Source: Pseudopedobacter saltans
GTDB lineage: Bacteria > Bacteroidota > Bacteroidia > Chitinophagales > Chitinophagaceae
Assembly (NCBI GenBank): GCA_003241175.1
Contig: QFOI01000001.1
Span: forward strand, 1-62,821
Length of the DNA: 62,821 bases
Direction: 5' to 3'
The notes below the pieces were generated by a model. It saw only the letters and a list, made by a program, of their open reading frames with translations. It did not search any database and was not told the origin of the DNA. This document shows positions 10,055-20,458 of the stretch, piece after piece. The position numbers were made by a program, and so were the translations under genes. Position 1 is the first letter of the stretch. Each line of letters starts with the position of its first letter.

Positions 10055-11563
10055 TTAAGAAAACGAGTAACTCATGTCACCGTTTTTTTCGTCTTTTAGC
10101 ATAATTCCGAAAGCCGACAATTCGTTTCGAATACGGTCACTGGTGACATAGTCTTTGTTGCCTTTGGCTTCTTTTCGCATTTTTATCAAGAGTTCGATGA
10201 TGGCGTTGAGTTTTTCGTTTCTGTTGTCTTCCAATGACTGTAAACCCAAAATATCTTCCACGTAAACTTTCATCTGCTCTTTTAATAAGGCAATAGTATC
10301 TGACGAAAGTGCATCCGCGGCAACCTGCCCGCCTTTGATACCGTTGATGATAGGAACCAACTCAAACATATTGGCCAAAACTCTTGCCGTATTGAGATCG
10401 TCGTTCATGAACTCGTCGAATTCCGCTACCAGTTTACGTACTTTTTCGTCCAATTCAGGATCTTTCGCTTCGCCTGTATTGGGTAAAGAAAGATTTTGTA
10501 AAGTTTCGTATCCTTCCCATAGCCTTTTCAAACCCTTTTCCGCAGCTTGCAAAGCCTCATTGCTAAAGTCGAGCGTCGAACGATATTGTGTTTGCAAAAT
10601 GAAAAAACGAATTACCATTGGGTGGTAAGGCTGTGCCAATTCTGGATGGTTTCCGGAAAAAAGTTCTGTCAACTTGATGACGTTGTTGTAAGTCTTTCCC
10701 ATCTTACGACCGTTGATCGTAATCATATTGTTGTGCACCCAATAGCGAGCCGGCATCTTGTGGTTGCAGACGACACTCTGTGCGATTTCGCATTCGTGGT
10801 GTGGAAACTGCAAGTCCATACCGCCACCGTGTATGTCAAATTGTTCACCCAAATATTTGGTACTCATCGCAGAGCACTCAATATGCCAACCAGGAAAACC
10901 TTCGCCCCAGGGACTTGCCCAGCGCATTAAGTGCTCAGGTGGCGCTTTTTTCCATAAGGCAAAATCCGCTTTGTTGCGTTTTTCGTCTTGGTTAGACAAT
11001 TCGCGCGAAGACGCTTCCTGCTCTTCCAATACACGACCGCTCAATATACCATAAGGCAGGTCCCTTTTGGAAAAGTCTGTATTGTATTTTTCGACATCAA
11101 AATACACGGAACCATTTGTTTCGTAGGCATAGCCGTCTGCCAATATCTTTTTGATCATTTCGATCTGCTCGATAATATGGCCAGTGGCAGTCGGTTCGAT
11201 ATTCGGATCGAGCGTATTGAAAGCCTTCATTCCCCAATGGAAAAGATTGGTGTATTTCTGAACCAGTTCCATTGGCTCGAGTTTTTCTAATTTGGCTTTC
11301 GAACTGATTTTATCTTCTGCCGCCTTTCCCTCTTCTTCGAAATGCCCCGCATCGGTGATGTTACGCACATAGCGCACTTTGTATCCCAGATGCTGCAAAT
11401 AACGATTCACTACGTCGAATGTGATGTACGGACGAGCATGACCCAAATGCGATTCTCCACTGACGGTCGGTCCACAGACATAAAGGCCCACGTAGCCCGG
11501 TGTTATGGGTTCAAATACTTCTTTTTCCCTACTTAATGAATTATAAACCTTTAATTGTGACAT
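10055..11563 (-). CDS. cysS: Cysteine--tRNA ligase
   Basis: [42 protein letters not shown]; start reassigned to MSQLKVYNS. Confidence 0.97.
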   Translation of the reverse strand: MSQLKVYNSLSREKEVFEPITPGYVGLYVCGPTVSGESHLGHARPYITFDVVNRYLQHLGYKVRYVRNITDAGHFEEEGKAAEDKISSKAKLEKLEPMELVQKYTNLFHWGMKAFNTLDPNIEPTATGHIIEQIEMIKKILADGYAYETNGSVYFDVEKYNTDFSKRDLPYGILSGRVLEEQEASSRELSNQDEKRNKADFALWKKAPPEHLMRWASPWGEGFPGWHIECSAMSTKYLGEQFDIHGGGMDLQFPHHECEIAQSVVCNHKMPARYWVHNNMITINGRKMGKTYNNVIKLTELFSGNHPELAQPYHPMVIRFFILQTQYRSTLDFSNEALQAAEKGLKRLWEGYETLQNLSLPNTGEAKDPELDEKVRKLVAEFDEFMNDDLNTARVLANMFELVPIINGIKGGQVAADALSSDTIALLKEQMKVYVEDILGLQSLEDNRNEKLNAIIELLIKMRKEAKGNKDYVTSDRIRNELSAFGIMLKDEKNGDMSYSFS

Positions 11564-11653
11564 AGTAAAATCGGCATCAAAAACATCCAAAATGGAATGA
11601 AAAACTAGCTGCGAATATACTTGTAAATTTGTGAATAAGAAAAAGTCAAAGTA

Positions 11654-12160
11654 ATGAATAGATTCCAATATATAGCTAAGCATAGATTTCAAATATTAGC
11701 CGTATTGGGTGTAGTTTTAGTTAGTACTTTTTTGCTTTCTTATCTTGGAAAACAACTTTATTTGGATAGAGCTAAAAATCGAGTTGGAACAGGAGATATC
11801 CATGAAGCAAAAAAAAGAGGAGTATTTGTCAAAAGTCTTAAATATGAAGTCATTGATTCTCCAAGTATTATTATTAGCGGTTTTTCACCTTTTATAGAAA
11901 TTAGTTATAGATACGGACTAAATTCTGTCCATGAAACAAGAAGTTTAGAAGGCACTTGTTATCCTTTCAAATTGGCATTCAAAACTAATCCTAGTACCGA
12001 TACCTCAATTTTTACTTTAACTTATGACTTAAGTACATTTGACAGTTCGGATGCTGTATGGGGTTATATGGAAAACCCGACTTTAAAGGACACCGTATAT
12101 TTAGAGGTCTACAACATTCATCAATATAGGCGAAGAAAATTAATTAAAGTTTGGGAGTAG
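11654..12160 (+). CDS. Hypothetical protein with N-terminal TM segment
   Basis: 168-aa ORF filling the cysS-EEP gap; no motif recognised. Confidence 0.65.
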   Translation: MNRFQYIAKHRFQILAVLGVVLVSTFLLSYLGKQLYLDRAKNRVGTGDIHEAKKRGVFVKSLKYEVIDSPSIIISGFSPFIEISYRYGLNSVHETRSLEGTCYPFKLAFKTNPSTDTSIFTLTYDLSTFDSSDAVWGYMENPTLKDTVYLEVYNIHQYRRRKLIKVWE

Positions 12161-12196
12161 CCGATATTTGGAATCTAAAACCATATAACTAAAATT

Positions 12197-13324
12197 CTAT
12201 TCCTTTCCCAATACACTCATATCCGAAACCAACAGCATGTGGTCGCTCAGACCTTCGTCCATCATGTCAAACTGGTTGACCTGGAAAGAACGATCAGGTA
12301 AAATGTAGTCGATGCGCAAGGTCGGCGCCAACGAAACAAAGCTGCGACCAATACCCAAACCCTTTTCCAAAAAGGCATCGTGTCGGTTTTGTTTGATCGT
12401 TAGATATACATACGAACCCGGCACATCGTTGAAATCTCCACAGATAAAGCTTTTGTAAGGACAATTTGCCGTTTTTTCCTTGATGAAATCCGCTTGTATG
12501 CCACGTCTGGTAAAGGCGAGGCGCATTTTTCGGAAGAGAGATTTACTGTCTTTTACCGAAACATTTTCATCAGTTGTGATCTTGTCGATATTGTTGTAAT
12601 CCGCATCATTCAAACGAAAAGATTGAAGATGTGCGTTGAATACGCGTATTGTGTCTTTTCCTTTTTTGACATCCACATAGAGAAAACTCTCTTTAATGTT
12701 TTTCGGATATTGGAAACGAGCGCTGTCTACAATCGGAAATTTGGAAAAAATAATGCTTCCTGCTTGGTAAAATCCATTACGCTTATTGACATCTTTAGAA
12801 AAATAATGGTATGGATAATTTTCGGAAAAAAGTCCAATATTGTCTGCTTGTTTGCCTTGCGTGGTCGAATGGTTGAATTCCTGCAAACAAACAATATCGG
12901 GATCCAAACTGAGTATCGTATTGGCAATTTCCGTTCGGCTGTGCTGCACGGCATTTTTGCGTTGAGCTTGGCCGTTGAGGTTCCCAACATTCCAACTGAC
13001 AACGCGAATATTATTTCCTTTTTTTTCCACATTAAAAGAAGAAATGCCGTTGAATGCGAAAATGGAACGGATCTGTTTCAATCCTACCAATAAACTCAAC
13101 AATGGGAGTAACGAAATAATGGGTTTTGCCGCTAACCAAAAAATAACCAGGAGAACCAATAAGCAAATCAAATAAGGTTGTAAAAGACTCACGAAACCTA
13201 TCCACCACCAAGTCGCAGGATTTAGGAACGGCGATAGACAACCGATCAAAAACAATGCACAGAAAAAGATGGTCGGAATAAGAAAAAAATTTCGCGTTAA
13301 CCTTCTAAGAATGGTCCTTGGCAT
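12197..13324 (-). CDS. Endonuclease/exonuclease/phosphatase (EEP) family membrane protein
   Basis: N-terminal TMs, SWNV, CLQE, HLQS, CGDFND, RIDYI, SDH. Confidence 0.9.
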   Translation of the reverse strand: MPRTILRRLTRNFFLIPTIFFCALFLIGCLSPFLNPATWWWIGFVSLLQPYLICLLVLLVIFWLAAKPIISLLPLLSLLVGLKQIRSIFAFNGISSFNVEKKGNNIRVVSWNVGNLNGQAQRKNAVQHSRTEIANTILSLDPDIVCLQEFNHSTTQGKQADNIGLFSENYPYHYFSKDVNKRNGFYQAGSIIFSKFPIVDSARFQYPKNIKESFLYVDVKKGKDTIRVFNAHLQSFRLNDADYNNIDKITTDENVSVKDSKSLFRKMRLAFTRRGIQADFIKEKTANCPYKSFICGDFNDVPGSYVYLTIKQNRHDAFLEKGLGIGRSFVSLAPTLRIDYILPDRSFQVNQFDMMDEGLSDHMLLVSDMSVLGKE

Positions 13325-13412
13325 AACAGTAAAATTATACTGTTTTTTCCAAGTCCATGTCGATTTGTGCTTTTATTTTAATTGAAAAAGTTTGCAGTCA
13401 TGTTTAAAAAAG

Positions 13413-13445
13413 CCCTTCTCCTGCAGGAGAAAGGTTGGGATGAGG
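13413..13445. repeat. REP-like palindromic element (variant)
   Basis: CCCTTCTCC-TGCA-GGAGAAAGG hairpin with TTGGGATGAGG tail, same architecture as the elements at 10012 and 57060. Confidence 0.55.
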
Positions 13446-13464
13446 TCTAAAACAAAAAGCTTGA

Positions 13465-14577
13465 TTATTTTAATTGTAGGTCCGCCACAACGGGATAATG
13501 ATCAGAGAGTTGCACTTTGATAACTTTGGATTGCAAAACTTTAAATTTGCTTTTGTCTACAAAGACGGCATCGATGCGTAAAGTAGGCGCAATATTGTGA
13601 AAGGTGGCGCCAATACCACCACCTCCTTTGATAAATGCATCTTGGAAATTGTTGCCACGCATCAGGTAAAAATTATAGGATGTCGGTACAGAATTCATAT
13701 CACCACAATAGATAACCGGATCCTTGCTGGATTCAATTTCTTGACGAATCATTTTTATCTGTTCTTTATGAAGCCTTTCTACGGATCTGATCTGGTGCTG
13801 CACCATTCGCTTACGGTCAAATGTAATCTGGTAGATGCTTTTGTCTTGATTAGCCGTATCCCAATACAAGTTTAGAGAAGAAAGTCTTGCCGTCATCACT
13901 CTAATCCCCTTCCCGTCAAAAGTAGTAGTGCCAGCAGCACAATGTTGCTGCTCGTGGGGAGATTCCAATATTTTCAGAGCAGTATCATTGGTGACAGGGC
14001 TTTTGGAGAAAATGGCTACGCCAGTATTGAAAGGCACCATGTGGCCTTCCCAAAAAGTACTATCCGAAACAGTATAGCTGCCTTTGTAGCCAATAGAATC
14101 AAAAAGCTCATCGGTCTTACGCCACTGTCCACCATAAGTCAATACATGATGCGAACTTTCTTGTAAAAAGACAATATCCGGATTGTATTGATGGACTGTG
14201 TTTAATATACCTTTAATCGTTTCTTCAGGAGGAGCGCCGTGCATCGAATATCCTTCTACGTTCCAAGTAAGAACGCGTAATGTATTAGGCGCTTTTTCCA
14301 TTTTCCATTTTCCAAAATGAAAACCGACCACATGGGAAAGATTGTACAATCCAGGCAATAAAACAACACAAAGAATTAATCCTAAGCGCCTGTCACGGAA
14401 AAGATTGACAATAGCAAAAAACAATACAATAAGAAAAAGGTAAGGGAATGCCAGCCCTAACAGCGCTATTGGTGAAAAAAACGCCGGAGATATAATAAAA
14501 CTAAAACAGGAAATTAAATATACAAATGCGATACCTGCGGTTATTAGCCCCATGGTACCTCTAAAAAATCTGCGCAT
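13465..14577 (-). CDS. EEP family membrane protein (tandem paralog)
   Basis: TWNV, FLQE, CGDMNS, APTLRID, LSDHYP; minus-strand TATATTTG at 14618-14625. Confidence 0.9.
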   Translation of the reverse strand: MRRFFRGTMGLITAGIAFVYLISCFSFIISPAFFSPIALLGLAFPYLFLIVLFFAIVNLFRDRRLGLILCVVLLPGLYNLSHVVGFHFGKWKMEKAPNTLRVLTWNVEGYSMHGAPPEETIKGILNTVHQYNPDIVFLQESSHHVLTYGGQWRKTDELFDSIGYKGSYTVSDSTFWEGHMVPFNTGVAIFSKSPVTNDTALKILESPHEQQHCAAGTTTFDGKGIRVMTARLSSLNLYWDTANQDKSIYQITFDRKRMVQHQIRSVERLHKEQIKMIRQEIESSKDPVIYCGDMNSVPTSYNFYLMRGNNFQDAFIKGGGGIGATFHNIAPTLRIDAVFVDKSKFKVLQSKVIKVQLSDHYPVVADLQLK

Positions 14578-14660
14578 AAATGTTGAACGATTGATATGTG
14601 TTTGCCAATATGCTATTCAAATATAACAAGAGCCAACCACAACCGTCCAAAAAACAGGCC

Positions 14661-15992
14661 CTATTTTGTGTTAATGTCGGTTTGTGTTCGCAAAAGAGCA
14701 ATTTTTTTTGAGTAAAAAGCTTTCACATCATCCCATTTGTAATAGGGGAAAGTCTGGGTTGGAATGGGCAATCGAGATTCTTTTTCGTTCAAAAGAATTT
14801 TTACCAAAACATTCTTTCCATTGGAATAAAAAATCCATTGGATATTGGCAGCCATAGGAATAATATTGGCAGCATTCCAAACTTTATCAAAATTAGAAAT
14901 AGCATTTACTACACTGTCCGTTCCTTTTATTTCCAAAAGTGTTGCAAAAGGAGAAATCGCTTCTGCGTGCGTAAAACGAAATTCTGCTTCTTTGTGTAAA
15001 GTACCATTAACTGCACTATCGCTTGTTGCAATAAAATTTTCTAGTAACGGCCAAGCAATAGCGGCCTGAATACCGTTTTTATCCAAACCTGGACCTTTAA
15101 CCAAATAATCTTCTACGTCATTGGATTTTCCTAATATCTTTCCCTCTTCTTTTGTAAATGGGCTTATCCATTGTTGCGACACAATCTTGTTGGTTTTCAT
15201 TTCGATTTTTGCCGATAAGCCAACGCCATACACATCAAACAATGCTTGTGTAAAATTTTCTGGAGTCAAGGCATAGCTTTTACCATTGATGGAATTTTTT
15301 GATTTTTGTTCCGCCCATTTTCCCCAAATATTTTTATGGATAAAACGCAGTGCAACTGCATTCTCGACTTCCGTTATGGAAGAAGTATTTTGAACAGAAT
15401 CGATTTTAGATTTTACAATTGAGGATTTTACAAATTTATCATAGTCCGGACTATAGTCGTAAAAACGCAGCATTGTCTCATCAGATTCTGGTTGTGTAAG
15501 ATAACTTATACTTGACTTAGGATAATCTTTCAAAGATTGCAAAAAACCTTGTGCGCTTTGATAGGTTCGTATTTTATGTGTGTACCAAACATCAATATCA
15601 CCACGGTTAAATAAGGATGGATATAGTTTACGCATACGAGCCGCAATCTGCTTATGTTCTTCTGCACCTTGCAAGGAAATGTCATTGTAATGACCATCCT
15701 GAACCGTTGTCAGCCATTCAACATTTGCCAACCATTTTTTACCTAAATCAGTTAAACTATTTTCTTTTTTGGCCTCCAGCAGAATTTTCAATAGAAGAGA
15801 ATCTCCTCCCGCCTTTGTCATAAAGCGAGAGCCGTGTCTACCAACGTGATTGATGAAAAAAGGTTTGTAACCTTTAGGCGTAGGTGCATATTTGGATTGT
15901 TGAAGACTATAAGACGTTTTAGTACCTGTCCATTGGGCAAATAACGCACCACACACTACTAAACTAACCAGAATTAGGAATCCTTTTTTCAT
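14661..15992 (-). CDS. Secreted histidine acid phosphatase (phytase/MINPP-like)
   Basis: Signal peptide, HVGRHGSR catalytic motif, HAE proton-donor motif, PMAANIQW. Confidence 0.88.
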   Translation of the reverse strand: MKKGFLILVSLVVCGALFAQWTGTKTSYSLQQSKYAPTPKGYKPFFINHVGRHGSRFMTKAGGDSLLLKILLEAKKENSLTDLGKKWLANVEWLTTVQDGHYNDISLQGAEEHKQIAARMRKLYPSLFNRGDIDVWYTHKIRTYQSAQGFLQSLKDYPKSSISYLTQPESDETMLRFYDYSPDYDKFVKSSIVKSKIDSVQNTSSITEVENAVALRFIHKNIWGKWAEQKSKNSINGKSYALTPENFTQALFDVYGVGLSAKIEMKTNKIVSQQWISPFTKEEGKILGKSNDVEDYLVKGPGLDKNGIQAAIAWPLLENFIATSDSAVNGTLHKEAEFRFTHAEAISPFATLLEIKGTDSVVNAISNFDKVWNAANIIPMAANIQWIFYSNGKNVLVKILLNEKESRLPIPTQTFPYYKWDDVKAFYSKKIALLRTQTDINTK

Positions 15993-16018
15993 CGAAATTT
16001 GATTATTTAGTCTTTTAA

Positions 16019-17461
16019 TTAATAATGTTGGTTACCTCGGCCATTAAATTGGTAGCATCCAATATCACTACCAGGAGGTGTATATTCTGTTACGCCATAC
16101 TTAACGTCTACGGGTATCTCTTTCATAGGCGTAAATCCAGTAAATCCTTTTCCTATGCAAGGAGAATTGGGCTGTAACGAAAACTTAAAGTTTCCAATTG
16201 CAGTAATGTCTTGCAGACGATAACCGCCAGTTACAGGTACAGGATAGTTTACAAACAACGGGTTTCCAGTCTGGACGATTTTTGAACCATCATAAGCAAC
16301 ATCAGGTACGTATTTATAATTAGCTGGCAAGTAAGAGAATGGATTGGGAAGATCAGTTGCTACTGGTTTAGTTACTGCTCCGGTTACATAAGGGAATATT
16401 TGGTTGGCCACACTCAAGCTATCTGCCCAATAATAATTATATCCATAATTATTATTGTACATATACGCAGTATCTGGAACATTGCTATTCAAACGCAAAC
16501 CATATTTACAATTAATCATCAAATTATTAAACACTTGTCCTCTTGCTCCATTTTCATAGTTTATAGATCCACCTCGTCCTGTTTTTGTCTGCCTATAACC
16601 AGAATTTACAATCGTATTGTTATATACTCTAGCTTCACAGTTAGGAATTCCCGGAGCAATACCCGAATTTGCTGCCTTTAAAGAGTTAGTAGCACCCCCA
16701 ATAAAAAAATTATAGGCCATATCACCTACACCTCCGGCCTTTATATTCAGAATATCTCCACCATTTTTACCACATCTTTCAAATGTACTACGTAAAATGG
16801 CAAACTTTCCTCCACTTCCTGCAATACGTATAGCATCGTCTACTGTTCCATAAATCCAAGAATCTTCAAATACAAAATTCCCTTTACCATTTGAAAAGTA
16901 CAATGCATAACTATTGTCTGTTGCTGATAATCCCGCCACAAGATAAGCAGAGGAACCATTGACGCCTGCCGGAGCCCCACAATATTGTACATGGGTCCAT
17001 TTCAATATCATATATTCACATGTCACATCACCAAATACACCTTTCCAAACACCTGAAAAAGCGGAATCTTTGGCAGCGCTAAAACCTATCGTAGGAGCAT
17101 CTGTTTTTGTAACCACATTACCCGTTAGCCAAATAGGATTTTCCTTTGTCCCTAAAGAATATAGGTTACCCTTCACTATAAGGCCGGACTGATTTAAGAA
17201 GACAACTTTCACTCCTGGTTGAATTACTAAACTGTCACCAGCATTGACGTAAATATCAGCTGTTACTTGATAGGTCTTACCAGCAAGCATCGTTCCCGAT
17301 ATACTACCAGAAAGCGGAGTAGAATCACTGATAGGCTTGGGAGGAGGTGGTGTATACGTGTAAATATCATTGTTGTCATTGCTCAATTTATTACAACTTA
17401 TAGACAGAACAATCAATATAAAAGTTGCTATAAGTCCACTGTATTGAAAAATTTTTTTCAT
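16019..17461 (-). CDS. Lipoprotein with probable right-handed parallel beta-helix
   Basis: Lipobox LSISC after MKKIFQ; repetitive N/G-rich strands (YNNTIVNSG, FNNLMINC); FSLQPNSPCIGKG and DIGCYQ C-terminal motifs; alternative start 17473. Confidence 0.75.
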   Translation of the reverse strand: MKKIFQYSGLIATFILIVLSISCNKLSNDNNDIYTYTPPPPKPISDSTPLSGSISGTMLAGKTYQVTADIYVNAGDSLVIQPGVKVVFLNQSGLIVKGNLYSLGTKENPIWLTGNVVTKTDAPTIGFSAAKDSAFSGVWKGVFGDVTCEYMILKWTHVQYCGAPAGVNGSSAYLVAGLSATDNSYALYFSNGKGNFVFEDSWIYGTVDDAIRIAGSGGKFAILRSTFERCGKNGGDILNIKAGGVGDMAYNFFIGGATNSLKAANSGIAPGIPNCEARVYNNTIVNSGYRQTKTGRGGSINYENGARGQVFNNLMINCKYGLRLNSNVPDTAYMYNNNYGYNYYWADSLSVANQIFPYVTGAVTKPVATDLPNPFSYLPANYKYVPDVAYDGSKIVQTGNPLFVNYPVPVTGGYRLQDITAIGNFKFSLQPNSPCIGKGFTGFTPMKEIPVDVKYGVTEYTPPGSDIGCYQFNGRGNQHY

Positions 17462-17480
17462 TGCCAATCTCATTAAAATA

Positions 17481-20318
17481 TTATAGTTTAAAGCGAATTC
17501 CGAATAAATAAGATATTTTATAAATGTCTTGTTGAACAAATATTTGCTTGGTTGGGTCACTTTGTCCTGGAATCTTGTTTAGCGTATTTCCTATCAGGTA
17601 AGGTTGTTTGATATAATACTTTGTTTTGGTATCAAGTAAGTTGTTAATCTTTCCATAGAGAGACAATCTTTTGAACAATTTTTTCTCAAAAGAAAAATCC
17701 AATTGACTATAAGGCGCCTGCCACGTATCCATATCATAGAAAGTATTTACCAAAGCAATTCTTTCACCAGTGTACACATATGCAATCTGTGCGTCTAATC
17801 CGATGCTTGGATTTTTATATATAAATGACAAATTTCCAATATGCTTCGCCTGACCTTGCAAAGGTCGTGTTTGATTACGGGATTGTGTAACGTTCACTTT
17901 AGTGGTGCTGTCATAATGTAAGAAGTATTTGCTTGTAGTTGCTGAACTATGTGTGTAGGTATAGTTAGCATTTATACCGAACTTTCCGAAAAACTTGGTA
18001 TAGACCGCTTCAATACCAAAGTTTTTAACATTTCCAATATTAGTGGGTGTAAGTATATTAGTGCCGGGAGAGGGGTTACCGCCAATCACACTATAATGGC
18101 TAAAAGTTACCTCAACAGGATTATAAAGTCTTTTAAAAAATGCTCCAATTAAAACTTGATCAGTTCCTTTTGGATATAATTCATATCTAAAATCATAATT
18201 ATCTGCAGTAGTATGTTTCAAATAAGGATTTCCTTGTTGTTCGTAAGCCTCATTTTCACTAGCAGGAATGTCCTGAGGAATTATTTCCACAAATCCAGGT
18301 CTTACCAAACTTCTAAAATAAGATGCTCTTAGGTTTTGACGATCGTCAAACGCATATTTTAAATGCAAACTAGGCAATACGTCTGTGTAGTAAATATGTC
18401 CTTTTCCCGCATTGACATCAGACGACAAATTAGTATTATAACGTTGGCTTGTGTTTTCAATACGGACACCACCTATTATTTGTAATTTTTGTAATAGATC
18501 TAATTTAAATTGTCCATATCCTGCAACTACATTCTCTTTGATAGAATAATTTCTACCAATACCAGTATTCCCATATGGAGCTGTTGCAGAGCCTGTCTTA
18601 AAATCCAAATTAGAAGATAATATATCCGAAAAAGAAGAATCCAAAGCAGTAAGACTATATTTTATATAATAATTATCTCTTATTTTATGTCTTGCCAATC
18701 CACCCCAACTGATCTCCAAATCATTATTAGATAGTTTTGTTTTATAAATAAAATTAAGATAACCAGATAAATCCTTATCGGAATTGTGTGCCCATATCGC
18801 ACTCATCGAAGGACTATTGGGGGTAAATATTAATGGCAATGATTGTGTACCATCCGCGTTTTTTGTTTTGGCATAGTCAACTTCAAAGTTGGCATAGTCC
18901 GGCGTCTGCTGACGAGCGACGGAATATGCTGCGGTCCAGTTAAATGATAATCTATCAGAAAGATTATGATCGCCGTGCAAGGTAGAATTATAAATTGTTT
19001 GTATTTGCCAGCGAGTCCTCGTATTGATTTTTACCTGTCCCAGATTAGTATTTACATCAGTATCGGAAGAAGATCTTGCCTGAAATTCATCCATTCTTAC
19101 ATAAAGGTTATATAAAGAGATTTTATTCTTATTGTTTATATTGTAATCAAACTTATTGTTTACAGCTATTCTTCGATTTTGAGTAGAATATTTATTATTT
19201 ACGGTAGCGTCAAACTGTGGATAGTTGTCCGTAATTTTCCCAGCAGCAGAAGATGGAAGTATAGTTGCGCCGGGGTATTGTGTGTTTAGTATTTGATCAG
19301 ATCCTCTATAGTTGTTTTGAAAACTAAGGCCTAGCACAAATCCGAGTTTTTTATCAAAAAAACGATTACCATAGGTCGCTCCAGCTTGGATGCTTGGTTG
19401 TGAAGCGTTACGTAATATAAGGTTTCTCCTAGGAAAATCTCCCACTTTTGCTAGGTAAGAAGGTCCGTTGATTTGTGCCGGAGATCGCTTATTAATTACA
19501 TTGGAGTTAAAAGTTTGAAACGGTCTATCACTAAACAAGGTTGAAGAACCAGCGGAAAAAAAACCACTAACAATTTGATAGTTTGGAGCATTTTTCATCA
19601 CCAGATTCATTATGCCACCAACTGCGTCGCCTTCTTTATCAGGAGTCAATGTTTTTATAACTTCCAGTCTCTCTAATAGGTCACTTGGAAACAAGTCCAT
19701 TGGAACATATCTATATTTATCATCTGGGCTAGGTATTTTTATACCATTTATTAATGTCGTATTATACCGTTGATCCATTCCTCGAATAATTGCATAACGT
19801 CCCTCACCATTACTACTCCGCTGTATAGTCACACCACTCATACGTTGTAGGGAATTCGCAACGGTTACATCAGGAGATATTTCGATTGCTCTCGCTGAAA
19901 GAGAATTTTGCAAACCGTCTGCATTCCGATCTATTAAAAATGATTTCCTGTCATCTCCGTTCTTATGACCAATCACTATTACTTCATTTAAACTATTTTT
20001 GTATAGTCCTATAGGAGTTGCCAATATTTCAGATGCATCTATATTGACCTCAACTAATTGTTCTTTATATCCTAAGTAGGAAACCCTTATTTTTATATTG
20101 CCAGTCGGAATTTTTCTCAGAACAAACGATCCATCTAAACCGGACTCTCCTAAAGGCTTTTTGTTTTCGCTATCATCGGACAGGTAAATTAATGCCCCTA
20201 CAATTGGTTCTTTGGATTCGGCATCTTGTATAGAACCTTTTAAGCTTCGATCATTTTGCGCATTTCCTAAGATAAAAGTAGACAACCCCAACAACAGTAA
20301 TACTATTCTAATTTTCAT
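17481..20318 (-). CDS. TonB-dependent receptor (non-SusC type)
   Basis: Signal peptide, carboxypeptidase-like N-domain, plug IIRGMDQRYN...LERLEVIK, C-terminal GIRFKL strand; alternative start 20324. Confidence 0.92.
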   Translation of the reverse strand: MKIRIVLLLLGLSTFILGNAQNDRSLKGSIQDAESKEPIVGALIYLSDDSENKKPLGESGLDGSFVLRKIPTGNIKIRVSYLGYKEQLVEVNIDASEILATPIGLYKNSLNEVIVIGHKNGDDRKSFLIDRNADGLQNSLSARAIEISPDVTVANSLQRMSGVTIQRSSNGEGRYAIIRGMDQRYNTTLINGIKIPSPDDKYRYVPMDLFPSDLLERLEVIKTLTPDKEGDAVGGIMNLVMKNAPNYQIVSGFFSAGSSTLFSDRPFQTFNSNVINKRSPAQINGPSYLAKVGDFPRRNLILRNASQPSIQAGATYGNRFFDKKLGFVLGLSFQNNYRGSDQILNTQYPGATILPSSAAGKITDNYPQFDATVNNKYSTQNRRIAVNNKFDYNINNKNKISLYNLYVRMDEFQARSSSDTDVNTNLGQVKINTRTRWQIQTIYNSTLHGDHNLSDRLSFNWTAAYSVARQQTPDYANFEVDYAKTKNADGTQSLPLIFTPNSPSMSAIWAHNSDKDLSGYLNFIYKTKLSNNDLEISWGGLARHKIRDNYYIKYSLTALDSSFSDILSSNLDFKTGSATAPYGNTGIGRNYSIKENVVAGYGQFKLDLLQKLQIIGGVRIENTSQRYNTNLSSDVNAGKGHIYYTDVLPSLHLKYAFDDRQNLRASYFRSLVRPGFVEIIPQDIPASENEAYEQQGNPYLKHTTADNYDFRYELYPKGTDQVLIGAFFKRLYNPVEVTFSHYSVIGGNPSPGTNILTPTNIGNVKNFGIEAVYTKFFGKFGINANYTYTHSSATTSKYFLHYDSTTKVNVTQSRNQTRPLQGQAKHIGNLSFIYKNPSIGLDAQIAYVYTGERIALVNTFYDMDTWQAPYSQLDFSFEKKLFKRLSLYGKINNLLDTKTKYYIKQPYLIGNTLNKIPGQSDPTKQIFVQQDIYKISYLFGIRFKL

Positions 20319-20344
20319 ACACATTCCATTAAGGATTAGGAATG

Positions 20345-20400
20345 CAAATGAAGTTGAGTAATGTTACCCCAATATTAACGGTAGATTATTTAATTATTAA
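20345..20400 (-). promoter_or_regulatory. Promoter with four 11-bp-phased half-sites (candidate OmpR/PhoB-type box)
   Basis: Minus-strand TTAATA, ATAATC, TTAATA, GTAACA starting at 20400, 20389, 20378, 20367; -7-like TTCATTTG at 20352-20345. Confidence 0.5.
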
Positions 20401-20401
20401 T

Positions 20402-20447
20402 AAAAAATACAGGGTCGGAGGTTACCGCCTCCGACCCTGTGTTTTTT
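20402..20447 (-). terminator. Intrinsic terminator after GH2 gene
   Basis: ACAGGGTCGGAGG-TTACCG-CCTCCGACCCTGT flanked by A and T tracts. Confidence 0.9.
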
Positions 20448-20458
20448 GTAGTACCATC

